A stretch of DNA of 64,000 bases from Bugula neritina. Its lineage: Eukaryota; Animalia; Bryozoa. Of the stretch, positions 36,801 through 48,967 are shown in pieces. Where the stretch lies: NCBI GenBank assembly GCA_964035545.1, contig OZ037769.1, forward strand, positions 17,390,633 to 17,454,632, in the 5' to 3' direction. Each line of letters begins with the position of its first letter. The first letter of the stretch is position 1. The translations under genes were made by a program, and so were the position numbers. The notes beneath the pieces are model-generated. The model did not search any database and was not told the DNA's origin. It was given only the letters and a program-made list of their open reading frames with translations.

Positions 36801-39800
36801 GGAGTTCATAACTAGTGCTGCCAGACTATTTGCTGACACTATGGCTGTTCCGCAGACAGATATTAGACTGGACTCTGAATATATTCTCCAAGTATTGAGT
36901 ACCGTCACCGTACCGGATTTCAGTCCTAAGTCTAAGGTCGGTTGAGTTTGGTTTATGGGCTATACATCATGTAATTAGGAGTTGTCTGACCTTATTGTTA
37001 AATTATTCAGTGTAGGGTACATATCCTCAGTGTAGGGTACATATCCTCAGTGTAGGGTACATATCCTCAGTGTAGGGTACATATCCTCAGTGTAGGGTAC
37101 ATATCCTCAGTGTAGGGTACATATCCTCAGTGTAGGGTACACATCCTCAGTGTAGGGTACACATCCTCAGTGTAGGGTACATATCCTCAGTGTAGAGTAC
37201 ATATCCTCTTGTAGAAAATAGTGGTGGATGACAGTGAGGCAGCGCCGGCTGACGTGGAGGACATGGAAGCTGATGAGAAAGAGATCCTGGACGTGCTGGA
37301 CGTGGTTCATAGGAGACACAACTCCAACAAGTGTGAGTCATAGTATATAGTTCCAGGGGTGTAGCCGGAAGGGGGTGTAGACAGCAACTCTCCCTATCTC
37401 TGCACTCAGCTAAGCTCATCACAAAATCTTTACTTCAAAATATTTGTATATAATATGTATTGAATGTTTCTCTAGATGTTTCGTAGTTGTCTTCTCATTT
37501 CTCCAGGATTATTGTTGCATGAAGTTATGAAAAAGCAGCAGTTGGTGGGAAACGGGAGGACAACTGCTTACACTCTGTGTTTATTGAGATATTGTCATGT
37601 TGTAGATTTTAGAGACATGATTTCCCAGGAGTTTGAGAAAGATGACGACTCCAACGGTCACATTGACTACATCGTAGCCACTGCTGTGAGTTTACCTACA
37701 TGGCCTTTAAATTACCTGCTAGTAAGGGAGCTGGGCTAGTTGACTGGAGGGCTAATTAACTGCTGGGCTAGTTGGCTGCTGGGCTAGTTGACTGGAGGGC
37801 TAGTTGGCTGCTGGGCTAGTTGACTGGAGGGCTAGTTGACTGGAGGGCTAGTTGACTGGAGGGCTAGTTGACTGCTGGGCTAGTTGACTGGAGGGCTAGT
37901 TGACTGGAGGGCTAGTCGACTGGAGGGCTAGTTTACTGGAGGGCTAGTTTACTGGAGGGCTAGTTTACTGGAGGACTAGTTGACTGCTGGGCTAGTTTAC
38001 TGGAGGGCTAGTTGACTGTTGGGCTAGTTTACTGGAGGGCTAGTTGACTGGTGGGCTAGTTTACTGGAGGGCTAGTTTACTGGAAGGCTAGTTGACTGTT
38101 GGGCTAGTTTACTGGAGGGCTAGTTGACTGCTGGGCTAGTTTACTGGAGGGCTAGTTGACTGCTGGGCTAGTTCACTGGAGGGCTAGTTGACTGCTGGGC
38201 TAGTTGACTGCTGGGCTAGTTTACTGGAGGGCTAGTTGACTGCTGGGCTAGTTTGCTGGAGGGCTAGTTGGCTGGAAAGCTAGTTGACTGTTAGATCAGT
38301 TACTGGAGGCGCCAGGGGGAGGGGGGTTTGGGGTTAAGACTTGTAGGTTAGTAGATTCAATGTAAGAGAGCTGGTAGTTGTAGTCCAGCCCTCAGCCATG
38401 TAATACAGCAGCTTAACGTTTAGATATACAGTTGGTAGAGTTAGGGCTATTCCACTCTAACATGTGCAGGGAAGTCTGTTTTCACCTCTTTGCAACGCGA
38501 GGAGAATATTTCCTTTACCCTCGAGTGGTCTGGGGATTTCCTCAGTCCACAGTTTCTGCTGATCGCGTAGTGATTGTGCAGTTTTATACATCAAATAGCT
38601 GTCACATTCCTTGCCAGTGCATTGACAGTGTTACACACACCTTGCAGGGACTGTCACTCATAATTAATGATAGATTATAAGCAACCATGTTGTATACAAT
38701 GTGGTGTTGCCATGGAAACGTTTGCAGATCACTCACAATTTAATAAGTGCTTCATCATGATGTAGATGATTTATGGAGCAGGTCAATAATTGATGATATC
38801 TTCAAATATGTACCTTTGGCCTGTAGCCAGTGTTTCTGGGATACATTTCACTGCTCACTCAGTTAGCTGTTCATCAGACTCGTGTCTGGTAATGGGCCGG
38901 GTTACCGTGACCGTGCATATTTAATTCACTGCATTTCCTGTCCTTTTTCTGCGTACATATATCCAGTTGAAGAATTTCTAATACTTGTTGAATAAAATGC
39001 AAATCCAATGTATGTCATTCTTGTGATATTTTTACTAGTTAGTAATATAATGTACTAAGTAGTAATATAATATACTAACTAATAGTAATATAATATACTA
39101 GCTAGTAATATAATATACTAACTAATAATATAATATACTAACTAGTAATATAATATACTAACTAGTAGTATAATATACTAACTAGTAATGTAATGTACTA
39201 ACTAGTAGTAATATAATATACTAACTAGTAATATAATGTACTAACTAGTAATATAATATACTAACTAGTAGTAATATAATATGACATGCTGTACTATAGA
39301 ATCTGAGAGCTGAGATGTATGGAATAGCCACTAGTGACAGATACAGTATTAAGAGAGTTGCCGGGAAGATAATTCCAGCTATAGCTACGACCACTGCTAC
39401 TGTGGCCGGTTTGGTGAGTCCACAGTCTCTACTCTCAGTACTACTCTACTCTCAGTACTACTCTACTCTCAGTACTACTCTACTCTCAGTACTACTCTAC
39501 TCTCAGTACTACTCTACTCACAGTACTACTCTACTCACAGTACTACTCTACTCACAGTACTACTCTACTCACAGTACTACTCTACTCTACTCTCAGTACT
39601 ACTCTACTCTCAGTACTACTCTGCTCTACTCTCAGTTGAAGTTAGCGTTAGGGAAGTGTTTAGTCTGAGAATGTGTCTGCTGCAGGTAGCAATTGAACTC
39701 TTCAAACTAATCAGAAAATCGTCTCTAGAAGATTATAAAAACTGCTTCTTGAACCTGGCTTTACCTGCCGTGGTGTTATCAGAGCCTGGAGCTGCTAAAG

Positions 39801-40863
39801 TTACTCAAATTAGGTGAGTGGGTAGGGAATGAGACTAAGTGGGTAGTGAGTAGTGAGTGAGTCTGAGTGAGTAGTGAGTGAGTCTGAGTGGGTAGTGAGT
39901 AGTGAGTGAGTCTGAGTGAGTAGAGAGTGAGTCTGAGTGGGTAGTGAGTAGTGAGTAGAGAGTGAGACTGAGTGGGTAGTGAGTAATGAGTGAATCTCTA
40001 AACAATTGGTTGAATTTTGTTTACATTTCTGGAAACTTACTGGCTTTTCACAATTCAAGTTTCTTTCTTTGAGCATTTATTTCCAGCTAACTTGTGTTGC
40101 GTAGCTCCTACTGTAGTATTATATATATATATGACAGGGACGGTCTCTCATTCACCCTATGGGATAAACTGCGTGTTCAAGGGACTGAGTCTATGACCAT
40201 GAATGATTTCATTGCTAAGGTCAAGGTGAGGTCACATAACAAAACACACTTAGCTAGGCTGTTAGATTATATAATACCGCATTGGGCCTCCCATATTATG
40301 TGGTGCTTGCTTTATCTTTATGGCGCCATTCAAATGATGCTGCAATATTATTGATTGTTGATTGACAGGAAGTGATGCAATTGGAAGTGGACATGGTGCT
40401 TCAAGGTTCTAGAATCATCTATTCGGCTATCTTGCCCACACATCGGAAAAAGATCAAAGAAAAGTAAGTGTAGTAGTGCAGTGTTACTAAGGTAAGTGTA
40501 GTAGTGTTACTAAGGTAAGTGTAGTAGTGCAGTGTTACTAAGGTAAGTGTAGTAGTATAGTGTTACTAAGGTAAGTGTAGTAGTGCAGTGTTACTAAGGT
40601 AAGTGTGGTAGTGCAGTGTTACTAAGGTAAGTGTAGTAGTTCAGTGTTACTAAGGTAAGTGAAGTAGTGCAGTGTTACTAAGGTAAGTGTATAAGTAGGG
40701 TTTTGTCACTCAGTAATTCAATTTACAAAATTTTAGAATGAGCTCGTTGGTGAGGATTCAGGGTGTGAAACCTTACATTGACTTGACTGTCTGCTTTGGT
40801 GGCCTGTCAGATGAAGTGTCAATGGATGTGCCACCTGTCAGATACCTGCTACCACCTGTCTAG
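27826..40863 (+). CDS. UBA6: Ubiquitin-like modifier-activating enzyme 6 (E1), about 29 exons
   Basis: IDDSLYS|[14 protein letters not shown] (UBA6-type), GFGGLGVEI|[41 protein letters not shown], catalytic [16 protein letters not shown] (35497-35586), [29 protein letters not shown] ending [11 protein letters not shown]. Confidence 0.92.
27880..28125 (+). repeat. 20-bp intronic minisatellite (AGTACTTACTCTATGTACTC)
   Basis: Directly visible in UBA6 coding intron 1. Confidence 0.9.
28691..29682 (+). repeat. CAGTATAAGGTATT(CT)n array, about 40 units, beginning inside the exon at a UBA6 donor
   Basis: The first unit spans ...CAGTATAAG|GTATTC (donor at 28702). Confidence 0.95.
29905..30095 (+). 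repeat. 41-bp tandem repeat duplicating a UBA6 acceptor (TACTCAG|GTGATATCT), 5 copies
   Basis: AGs end at 29916, 29957, 29998, 30039, 30080; only the last opens the coding frame VISGDVKG. Confidence 0.9.
30210..30480 (+). repeat. 11-bp tandem repeat (CTCTGTAGTTA)
   Basis: Directly visible; fills the intron. Confidence 0.9.
31928..33687 (+). repeat. CTGCTGTATCA(A/G)(CT)n compound minisatellite, about 1.75 kb, intronic
   Basis: Directly visible; explains three stop-free overlapping ORFs. Confidence 0.95.
33997..34198 (+). repeat. About 45-bp repeat duplicating the acceptor region (GATATCTCCCCTTTGTTACAG)
   Basis: 4-5 copies; the last ends CCCCTTACAG|GTGGGTTGTGGT (VGCG exon). Confidence 0.85.
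34334..34692 (+). repeat. 36-bp repeat duplicating exon end plus donor (CCTCACCATGTGCAG|GTGTAGTAGCAGTTCTACCAA), about 10 copies
   Basis: The first unit encodes PHHVQ of UBA6. Confidence 0.95.
34880..35180 (+). repeat. 15-bp tandem repeat (TACTTACACTGTATG)
   Basis: Directly visible. Confidence 0.9.
36228..36536 (+). repeat. 17-bp tandem repeat (CTGTTGCTATGGTTACT)
   Basis: Directly visible. Confidence 0.9.
37008..37214 (+). repeat. 20-bp tandem repeat (CAGTGTAGGGTACATATCCT) ending at an acceptor
   Basis: The last unit ends CCTCTTGTAG|AAAATAGTG. Confidence 0.9.
37733..38292 (+). repeat. 16-bp tandem repeat (GGGCTAGTTGACTGGA)
   Basis: Directly visible. Confidence 0.9.
39040..39992 (+). repeat. 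Three separate intronic arrays: 20-bp TAATATAATATACTAACTAG (39040-39282), 17-bp TCTACTCTCAGTACTAC (39425-39635), GTGAGT-rich (39813-39992)
   Basis: Directly visible in consecutive UBA6 introns; the third starts at the donor GTGAGT. Confidence 0.85.
40462..40692 (+). repeat. 28-bp repeat duplicating a donor (AAGGTAAGTGTAGTAGTGCAGTGTTACT), about 8 copies
   Basis: Begins at the real donor AA|GTAAGT (40464). Confidence 0.9.
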
Positions 40864-41839
40864 ACACCTGTCAGGTACCTGCTACCACCTGTCTAGACAC
40901 CTGCTACCACCTGTCAGACACCTGCTACCACCTGTCTAGACATCTGTCAGATACCTGTCAGACACCTATCAGATACCTGTCAGACACCTGTCCACAGTTT
41001 TGAATATGTTGACTCTAAAATTTCTTTTAATAATTTTTGTATTTCTTGTTATAATTTTCTAGCTGTTGAACTTCTGGTAATTTTCCTTTCCATATTTTCT
41101 ATTATTTTTCTGTCTTTTTATTCCTGAGGTCAACTTATCATTTTATTCATACCTGATGGTATTATTGCACAATAATATATTTATTCTCTCATTTCCTGTA
41201 CGTCATTACCAGGTGATGAAGGTATATAACCTATTGTTACATAACAACTCACATTATTTTGAAAATTAATTCCACTGTCCTTCGCCACATTTGGTATTGT
41301 CTTAGGAGCTGGTTTATACGTCTACTGCAGCTTTAAGTTCGTGCTAACATTATTCCAACAGTCGTGTACCTAGTTTATTTATTTCACTGAGAGTTCAAAT
41401 AGCTCTTTGAGAGGAAAGATGTTGTTTATATTTACTGGGAAAGAAAAGCAGAATGGGATATATAGATACACACGCCAGTCAGTATTATATAGAAAAATAT
41501 TTTTATCTGAAAAATATATATAAATGTTTCATATTGAAACATATGATTAGTTATAACAAGTTATAAATGAAACTAGTAATAAATTGTAACATTTTAGTAC
41601 ATGAAAACATTTATGATGCAATATTGCTTCGGCATGATTGTCATTTGAATATAAATGCGTAGCACGCTAGTATCAAATAAGTAGCTCCACAAATATATAA
41701 ACAGTTTAGTTTAAGATAAAAAGTAATAATCATTGCTTTGAAGTGATGATAAAAAGATTACAAAGACCGGCTGTATCTTCACACAATTATATATTAGACA
41801 CACTATAAATGTTTCTCATGACGTAACAGAGTAGGAAGT

Positions 41840-44800
41840 CTAGAGGTTGATGACCCAGGCTATTGAAGCCAGCAGTGCGGCAGCAACACAATTCCAACAT
41901 GGCCGAGTAGTGTAGGCAAAGTCAAAGACTACCGGCTGTCTCCTCAGATTATTGCTCTCTACAGTCGTTACCTCTTCATCAACATCTCCCTCTCCTCCCT
42001 CTTCTTCTTCTTCCTGTGTAAAGCATATCTTCTTCTCAGATCTGACGGGCGTAGTGCTGTGTTGGTTGAACATGCCGTTTGCCGCAAACCCATTTCCTTT
42101 TGCGAGCATCAAGTAGCGACATCCGTCAACTGAAATGTCGTCAGAGGCGGTATCATCTGTCTTACGAGTGATAACAGCCTCGGCCACGCCCTCATTCCAA
42201 CTCACCTGAATATCCTCATCTCCTCCCGCATCCCTCGCCGGTCTGCTGTACGCAGTGGCATACCTGCAGCACAACAAATCAGCTCCTTACGTCATAAATA
42301 TTCACACGTCTGTAGATTACTAACCTGAGGTTATTGTAAACTACAAATATTTACTATACTTAATGCAGGTGAATGTTTACATTAAACAGTATTTCTTACG
42401 TAAATGATTGGTAATAACTTCACCTATCAGATGGTACAAGGTCGCCCATCGCGCTGACCCCTACGTGAAGGACGTCAGTGTCCATCATGGCGATGTTATC
42501 CGAGATGCCGAGGGCCATCCACTCTCCTGATGTCAGCGGCGCACTCAGATTGAACACGACGGCTTTGTCACTCGGCAGGAACTTCCAGCTCACAGAAATC
42601 TTGTCTCCCTCAAACAGGTTCTTTGGTTTCTGTTCTGGAACTGTCAAACCAATCCAGAAATATCAAAGGGTGACAAGAAAAGTTGGCTATCGGGAGAAAG
42701 GTGTCTCAAACTAGACAACTATACGCCATGCATACAAAATTAATCTACTTGGGCTGGGCAAAATTTCATTTGCTGAAAACTAAACATAATGAAGCCCAAC
42801 CTATGCATATAAATTGGTAAAACTTCATACAATATTAGTTCTAAAATTTAATTTTGTTTGTCTCACCATCTAAGAAGTTGATACTGGCAGATCCCCTTTG
42901 ACCTCTATGTCCGTGATACATAAGGACATCCTTTCTATAGAAGAAGATGTCACTGACTGTACAGAGCTCCAGACCTGTTGGAGGATTGTGGTTGTAGTTG
43001 AGATGTTCCTGGCCATGTGCCCAGATGACGGTCATCACGGAGTCGGTGATAGAGTGGTCAAATGTCTCGGTAGCTGAAATCCAAAGAAGTTTTAATATTT
43101 TATAATTCAGAAGATGCATCTTGTAGCTTAGTTCTAATATATTATTTTCAATCTAGCTTTATAAAGTGCTTGCTCACAGTGAAATATGATACACCCTCTC
43201 AAATCAGAGAGATTTATGAAAGCTTTTGGATAATTCTCAAACAGTCCCCTCTGCAAACCGTTGCTAACTCACCACTGTGACATGCTTGATTTGTATCTAA
43301 AACTTGTTAAAACTGGCATATGTACGAGAAGGCCTAGCGCCATTAATAGATTTTGTAAAACTATTATCAAATATTTACCTTCCAGTTTTTTCCTGAAGAG
43401 GATTGTAGTCTCTCCGTTTACTTCTTCTCCTATGGCAGCAGTTAGACTGTTCTCTGCACCATAATATGTGTCAGCTTTTGGGGTACTCCTGTCTCGAGAG
43501 AAGGCATCATAAATACGAGACCTTTGACCTCTGGCAGCCATGATCACCATGTCAGTGCAATCCATTGGGTCTGAAAGTAAGTGCTTTAATAATTGGTGAA
43601 CTTGTTATGTACTATGGTTAAGGCCTAAATAATTTAAATTCAATCAAAATATGGGAGAGTAATCTTGAAATAACTTTTTTAATTCAAGATGGTAACTGTT
43701 CAATAAACACAAAGTTCAAAGCTCCCTGCAGATTTCTCAGCATAAAACGCCAACTTGCATTCTGAATAAGTACTGCACAGCTAGTATGGATTATGTACAA
43801 TAATAACTTCAGTTTCAAACTCACGGCCAACTCTGCCTGTAGGTACTCCAGGCTCTGCGGTTGATCCAGGTTCTGCAGTTGATACAGGTTCTGCAGTTGA
43901 TCCCGGTTCTGCAGTTGATATCGGCCCTGCAGTTGATCCAGGCTCTGCAGTTGATCCCGGTTCTGCAGTTGATCCAGGTTCTGCAGTTGATCCCGGTTCT
44001 GCAGTTGATCCCGGTTCTGCAGTTGATATCGGCTCTGCAGTTGATCCCGGTTCTGCAGTTGATATTGGCTCTGCAGTTGATCCCGGCTCTGCAGTTGATA
44101 TCGGCTCTGCAGTTGATCCAGGTTCTGCAGTTGATCCCGGTTCTGCAGTTGATCCCGGTTCTGCAGTTGATATCGGCTCTGCAGTTGATCCCGGCTCTGC
44201 AGTTGATCCCGGCTCTGCAGTTGATCCCGGTTCTGCAGTTGATCCCGGTTCTGCAGTTGATATCGGCTCTGCAGTTGATCCCGGTTCTGCAGTTGATATT
44301 GGCTCTGCAGTTGATCCCGGCTCTGCAGTTGATATCGGCTCTGCAGTTGATCCAGGTTCTGCAGTTGATCCCGGTTCTGCAGTTGATCCCGGTTCTGCAG
44401 TTGATATCGGCTCTGCAGTTGATCCCGGCTCTGCAGTTGATCCCGGTTCTGCAGTTGATCCCGGTTCTGCAGTTGATCCCGGCTCTACAGTTGATCCCGA
44501 TTCTGCAGTTGATCCCGATTCTGCAGTTGATCCCGGTTCTGCAGTTGATCCCGGCTCTGCAGTTGATCCCGGCTCTGCAGTGGATCCTGGTTCAGGTGTG
44601 ACATCTGGGCCTGGCTTACTTCCTGTCTCCATTTTGCATTTATATTGGGTCAGGGACTCATTCAAATCCTGAGCTGTAAATACAGAAACTGGCTCCAGTT
44701 AGCAACTTATTCAGACTAAAGACTGATTCACAACCCCGAAAATGAATTGACATCTTATTGGTAACAAACAAAACATAACTTGAGAAGTTGATGTTAAAAG

Positions 44801-47800
44801 TAGCAAAAAGAGATAGCAGAAAATGTAGTCTAAAACCAATGAACATGAGTCTTGGCAGGTGATGCAGTGACTGTCAACATATCTGCAGTTGGGCAACTTA
44901 CAACGAATGTACTCCAGACTTGAGTTTATCCAAATGCCAGCTTCTCTCTTCTTTAAGCGGGAAACCATTTTTCCATCATCTGGATAAGAAGTTACCTCGT
45001 CATCTTGATTGCTTCCATCATCCTCGCCACTTTCCGCTTCTGGAACAACCTCTGACTTGATTGTAGCTACAGATCATATAATAGACTTGGTTAGACAAAA
45101 CCTGTGTTGCTCAATGGCTGCAGGAAAATCTGCTTACAGTTTAGTCATTCTGATAATCAAAGACATGCCACAGAGACGAGACAGTACTCGTAGAGCATCT
45201 TAGTTACTCTTTGTAGTTTGTATATTCAGCATTATTTTCATTATATTATATATATTATATTATGTTTACATTATATGTTTTATAAACTGTAGAGTGTTTG
45301 AGAAGTTATAAAAACTGTAAATGTATGACTTTCACTGAATGAGTTTCTAGATTACCACTATTTGTCTTGTTATCAGATTAAACTCAACTGCATACGTATT
45401 CTCTCACCTTCCTTATCAATATGTCTGCAGTTAATGGATTCGGTAGGTTTCCATCCAATACCAACCCAAGTTTCTGTTTTCGCTTTAACAACTATCTCAA
45501 TCTCATCACCAATAACTCTGTGATGCAGAGCATATGTATCAGCCAACACCCGCTGAGTGTAGAGGGAAAGATCTAATTCAGCCAATGAGCTCACAGAAGA
45601 CATCTGTAACAACCAATGAAAATACAGTTTATTATATATATAATTATAGGCAAATAGACATTATCCCAGTAAAAGCGTATCCAAGAAGCTATTCTTTCAG
45701 CTTCGATTTTTTAGCAAGAGAACCACACTTGCTTACCTTTCCACACTTTTCACCGAAGTAACCTGCAGCACAGTAGCACTGCTTTCTCGGACTAGACACG
45801 GCGTGTGTATCAAAACATTCTCCTCCATTTAGACAGTCTGAGTCCACTTCACACTCATCTGAAACCCAGAATATGACAGCATGAGTCACTGTGAGCTAAA
45901 CGTAGCGGGGGAGGGGGGAGGAGGGGCGGAGTAAATCAGTTAGAGTGAGTTAGTTTAAAAAGTAAACCAGTTTATAGAGTTGGTTGAGTAAGTTAATTTG
46001 CATGTAGAGTGAAACAAAATAACGCAAGTTTAGGTTGCATTAACTTATGAAAAGTTGCAACTTTAGTCTTTTGAGTCATTTTTGAGATGTCAGCCTAAAC
46101 TGGTAAAACAAAATAAGCAGTAACTTTATATTGAATTCATCTTCAATATTCTGTTGCGTGTAGCTATAACTCTGATTTACTGTATCCAGAGTTGTGGGCC
46201 AACTGTGTCTGTTCAGCATTACACCAACTTAGCACGAAATTTTGCTGACACACTTAATTACACAGCCTTTTATGTCACCTCTAGCAATAAATTTATTTAT
46301 CAAAGTTGTCTTTGTTAAATACTCTATGCATAAACGAAAAACACAAGTTTACCCACCCCAATATTGACATCTGTCTCCGTAGTAGAACTTGTCACACTGA
46401 CATCTTCCATTCTGATAGGTTCCTTTGTTAGAGCAGAACTGAGAGGGGCTAGTAATGACCCTCACATCAGCACATGTCCAGAAGATGTAGTTTGGTCCCC
46501 ACTCTAAGGCCTGGCGTACCAACCTGAGGGTGCAGTTCTCACAGGTAAAGTTAGCTGGTATCAGGACAGTAGCAGACGTGGCTCTGTAACAGAGGAGTCA
46601 TTATATAGAATACCAAACTACTTGTACAGTTATGGAAGTCGTCTAGCATAGAAAGTATACCAGTTACATCAGTCATCTACTATCCAATCAGATTACTTGA
46701 AACAAACAATCTAAAACATATTAGGTTATTGGTTAAACTTGATGAAAAGCAGTACTTGAACATCATGCCAAGAATCTTGTTACTAAGTTGATAGACAATG
46801 AATTACACAATCATCATAATTGATTTGCCAAGTGCTACAACAGTGTTAAATATAACTACTTGTTGAATACCCTAGCAAGGTAAAGCATAAAATAGAATGT
46901 GGTACGTATGAGTTATAGTATTCAACACATAGTAGCTGTAGTGGGTGTATTTCCTCTCCTTTAGTGTAGCCAGTGGAAAGTCACACACACTGAGCTCTAT
47001 TGTCTATATTCAAAGGTGTGTATTGAATCCTAATTGATTGATATTTGCTGCGTCATGCTCACTACAACTCAGCTCAAACTTGTTTATTCCCTGTAAAGTT
47101 CTGACTCGAAGTTTATATAGTATTTGTTGTTATTTTATATTATAAGAAAAAGAGAGAAAACAATTTGAAGTTTTTAAGAAATATCAGTAAAGCAAATCAA
47201 AGTATCAGCTGTTCTGATAACTCTACTATCTGTTGATAGAGTTATTTATGTGTATAAGCAAAGCTTGTCATCATTACAAACATAGATATTCTTCTTTGTT
47301 ATTAAAATGTTTGAATTAAGTGCTGGCTGCATTTAACACTTAGCAGTACAATGCATGATTAGTACAGTAGTTAGAGTCTTACACAGTACTATGTTGATCA
47401 CAACTAATACTAAATATTAATGTGAATGAAAATACTTTTATTGGTTTAAACCTGAAACAAATGCTGATTCTGTTAATGTCCCATCTACACTTACTTTGTG
47501 TCATCTACACTTACATTATTTCATACACACTTACGTCGCGTCGTCTGCGCCAGTGAACTCTGACCCGTCAGCTGGTAGGATTGACATAGGATTCTCATCC
47601 TTCTCGTCCAGCAGCTCCACTCTGTATCCACCCTAGAATATGATGGACTAGAGTGTTAGCAGCTAGCAACTAGCAGTCTAAGGTAGCCTAGGTACCATGG
47701 TAATAACAGCTCACATATAACGAGTGGGTATAGGAAGCACCCTACTTACTCTGTGAGGATAACCCAGGTGCCAGGTTACAGTCAAGTTGTATCCAGCCCT

Positions 47801-48248
47801 CAGCTCTGAAAGAGGTTCTCCTGAAGATAATAATTGAAGATATTCATAAGTTTATGGGCGGAGTTAAGTTTAAACTTTGAACTTTCAAGTCTACTTATAG
47901 TAGCTAAGCTGTGTGTTGCAGCAGCTAAGAACGACATGCGACAGAATAAACACATGTATAATGAAATAACACTGTTTGAGCATAGAGCAGTCTGTAGATG
48001 ATAGCTAAGGTACTATAATTGAATATTTCATAAAGGAAGTGGATCAGGGATAATGCTCCACTACGTGTACTTCTAGAGCTAAGGCTATGTGACTCACCTT
48101 TAGGTTGACCTCCACAAGGACCTGGGGTCCTGCCGTTATCCTGGAAGTCATAGTCGACTCTACGAGGAAGCGGATAGGTGAGAGACACGTGGGACCAGCT
48201 ACTTCCTAGCTGAAGGGAGAAGACAACAAGGAGGGGCAGTAGACTCAT
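41840..48248 (-). CDS. Secreted/GPI-type protein, paralogue 1: signal peptide, His1 LPMO-like domain, 2 EGF, DOMON (split by GSTAEP repeats), DOMON, hydrophobic tail (nahoda-like); about 12 exons
   Basis: Exons about 48248-48098, 47820-47750, 47632-47535, 46584-46359, 45858-45737, 45603-45408, 45067-44902, 44673-43825, 43570-43379, 43072-42867, 42641-42424, 42264-41840 join in frame. EGF CSNKG..CQC..YYGDRC and CLNGGEC..CYC..YFGEKC; DOMON WVGIGW, HPMDCTDMV, WMALGISD..MDTDV. Confidence 0.85.
43850..44592 (-). repeat. Coding 18-bp repeat, (G/I)STAEP x about 41
   Basis: In-frame within an exon of paralogue 1. Confidence 0.92.
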
Positions 48249-48396
48249 CCTCTCGCATGCAGTGTGTTGGAACTGAGGCTAGAAAGTTGGAATAACTGCT
48301 ATATTGTTCTGAAGAAAGAGAGTAAAAATGGTTTTGCATAATTATTTATGAAATGATAACAAGAAATTAAAACATAGGATTGTTTCATCCACATAA

Positions 48397-48967
48397 TAAG
48401 TGTAGTAATATAAGCTGTAAGTGTAGTAATATAAACTGTAAGTATAGTAATATAAGCTGTAAGTGTATTAATATAAGCTGTAAGTGTAGTAATATAAGCT
48501 GTAAGTGTAGTAATATAAGCTGTAAGTATAGTAATATAAGCTGTAAGTGTAGTAACATAAGCTGTAAGTGTAGTAATATAAGCTGTAAGTGTAGTAATAT
48601 AAACTGTAAGTGTAGTAATATAAGCTGTAAGTGTAGTAATATAAGCTGTAAGTATAGTAATATAAGCTGTAAGTGTAGTAATATAAGCTGTAAGTGTAGT
48701 AATATAAGCTGTAAGTGTAGTAATATAAGCTGTAAGTGTAGTAATATAAACTGTAAGTATAGTAATATAAGCTGTAAGTGTATTAATATAAGCTGTAAGT
48801 GTAGTAATATAAGCTGTAAGTGTAGTAATATAAGCTGTAAGTATAGTAATATAAGCTGTAAGTGTAGTAATATAGGCTGTAAGTGTAGTAATATAAGCTG
48901 TAAGTGTAGTAATATAAGCTGTAAGTGTAGTAATATAAGCTGTAAGTGTAGTAATATAAGCTGCAAG
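48397..48967. repeat. 21-bp minisatellite (TAAGTGTAGTAATATAAGCTG), probably in the 5' UTR intron of paralogue 1
   Basis: Directly visible; lies between an acceptor at ~48280 and a candidate donor at ~49020 on the minus strand. Confidence 0.9.

Noticed and set aside
38380-39000. Possible SINE/MITE in a UBA6 intron
   Set aside because: Composition differs from the flanks, but I could not identify TIRs, a TSD or a tail.
27826-40863. Calling the E1 gene UBA1
   Set aside because: [22 protein letters not shown] and NGHID match UBA6 rather than UBA1 (RQLYVLGH, PICTLKNFP, FRPWD, NFHMD).
43861-44601. Plus-strand LQLIPV-repeat ORF
   Set aside because: Antisense of the genuine GSTAEP coding repeat.
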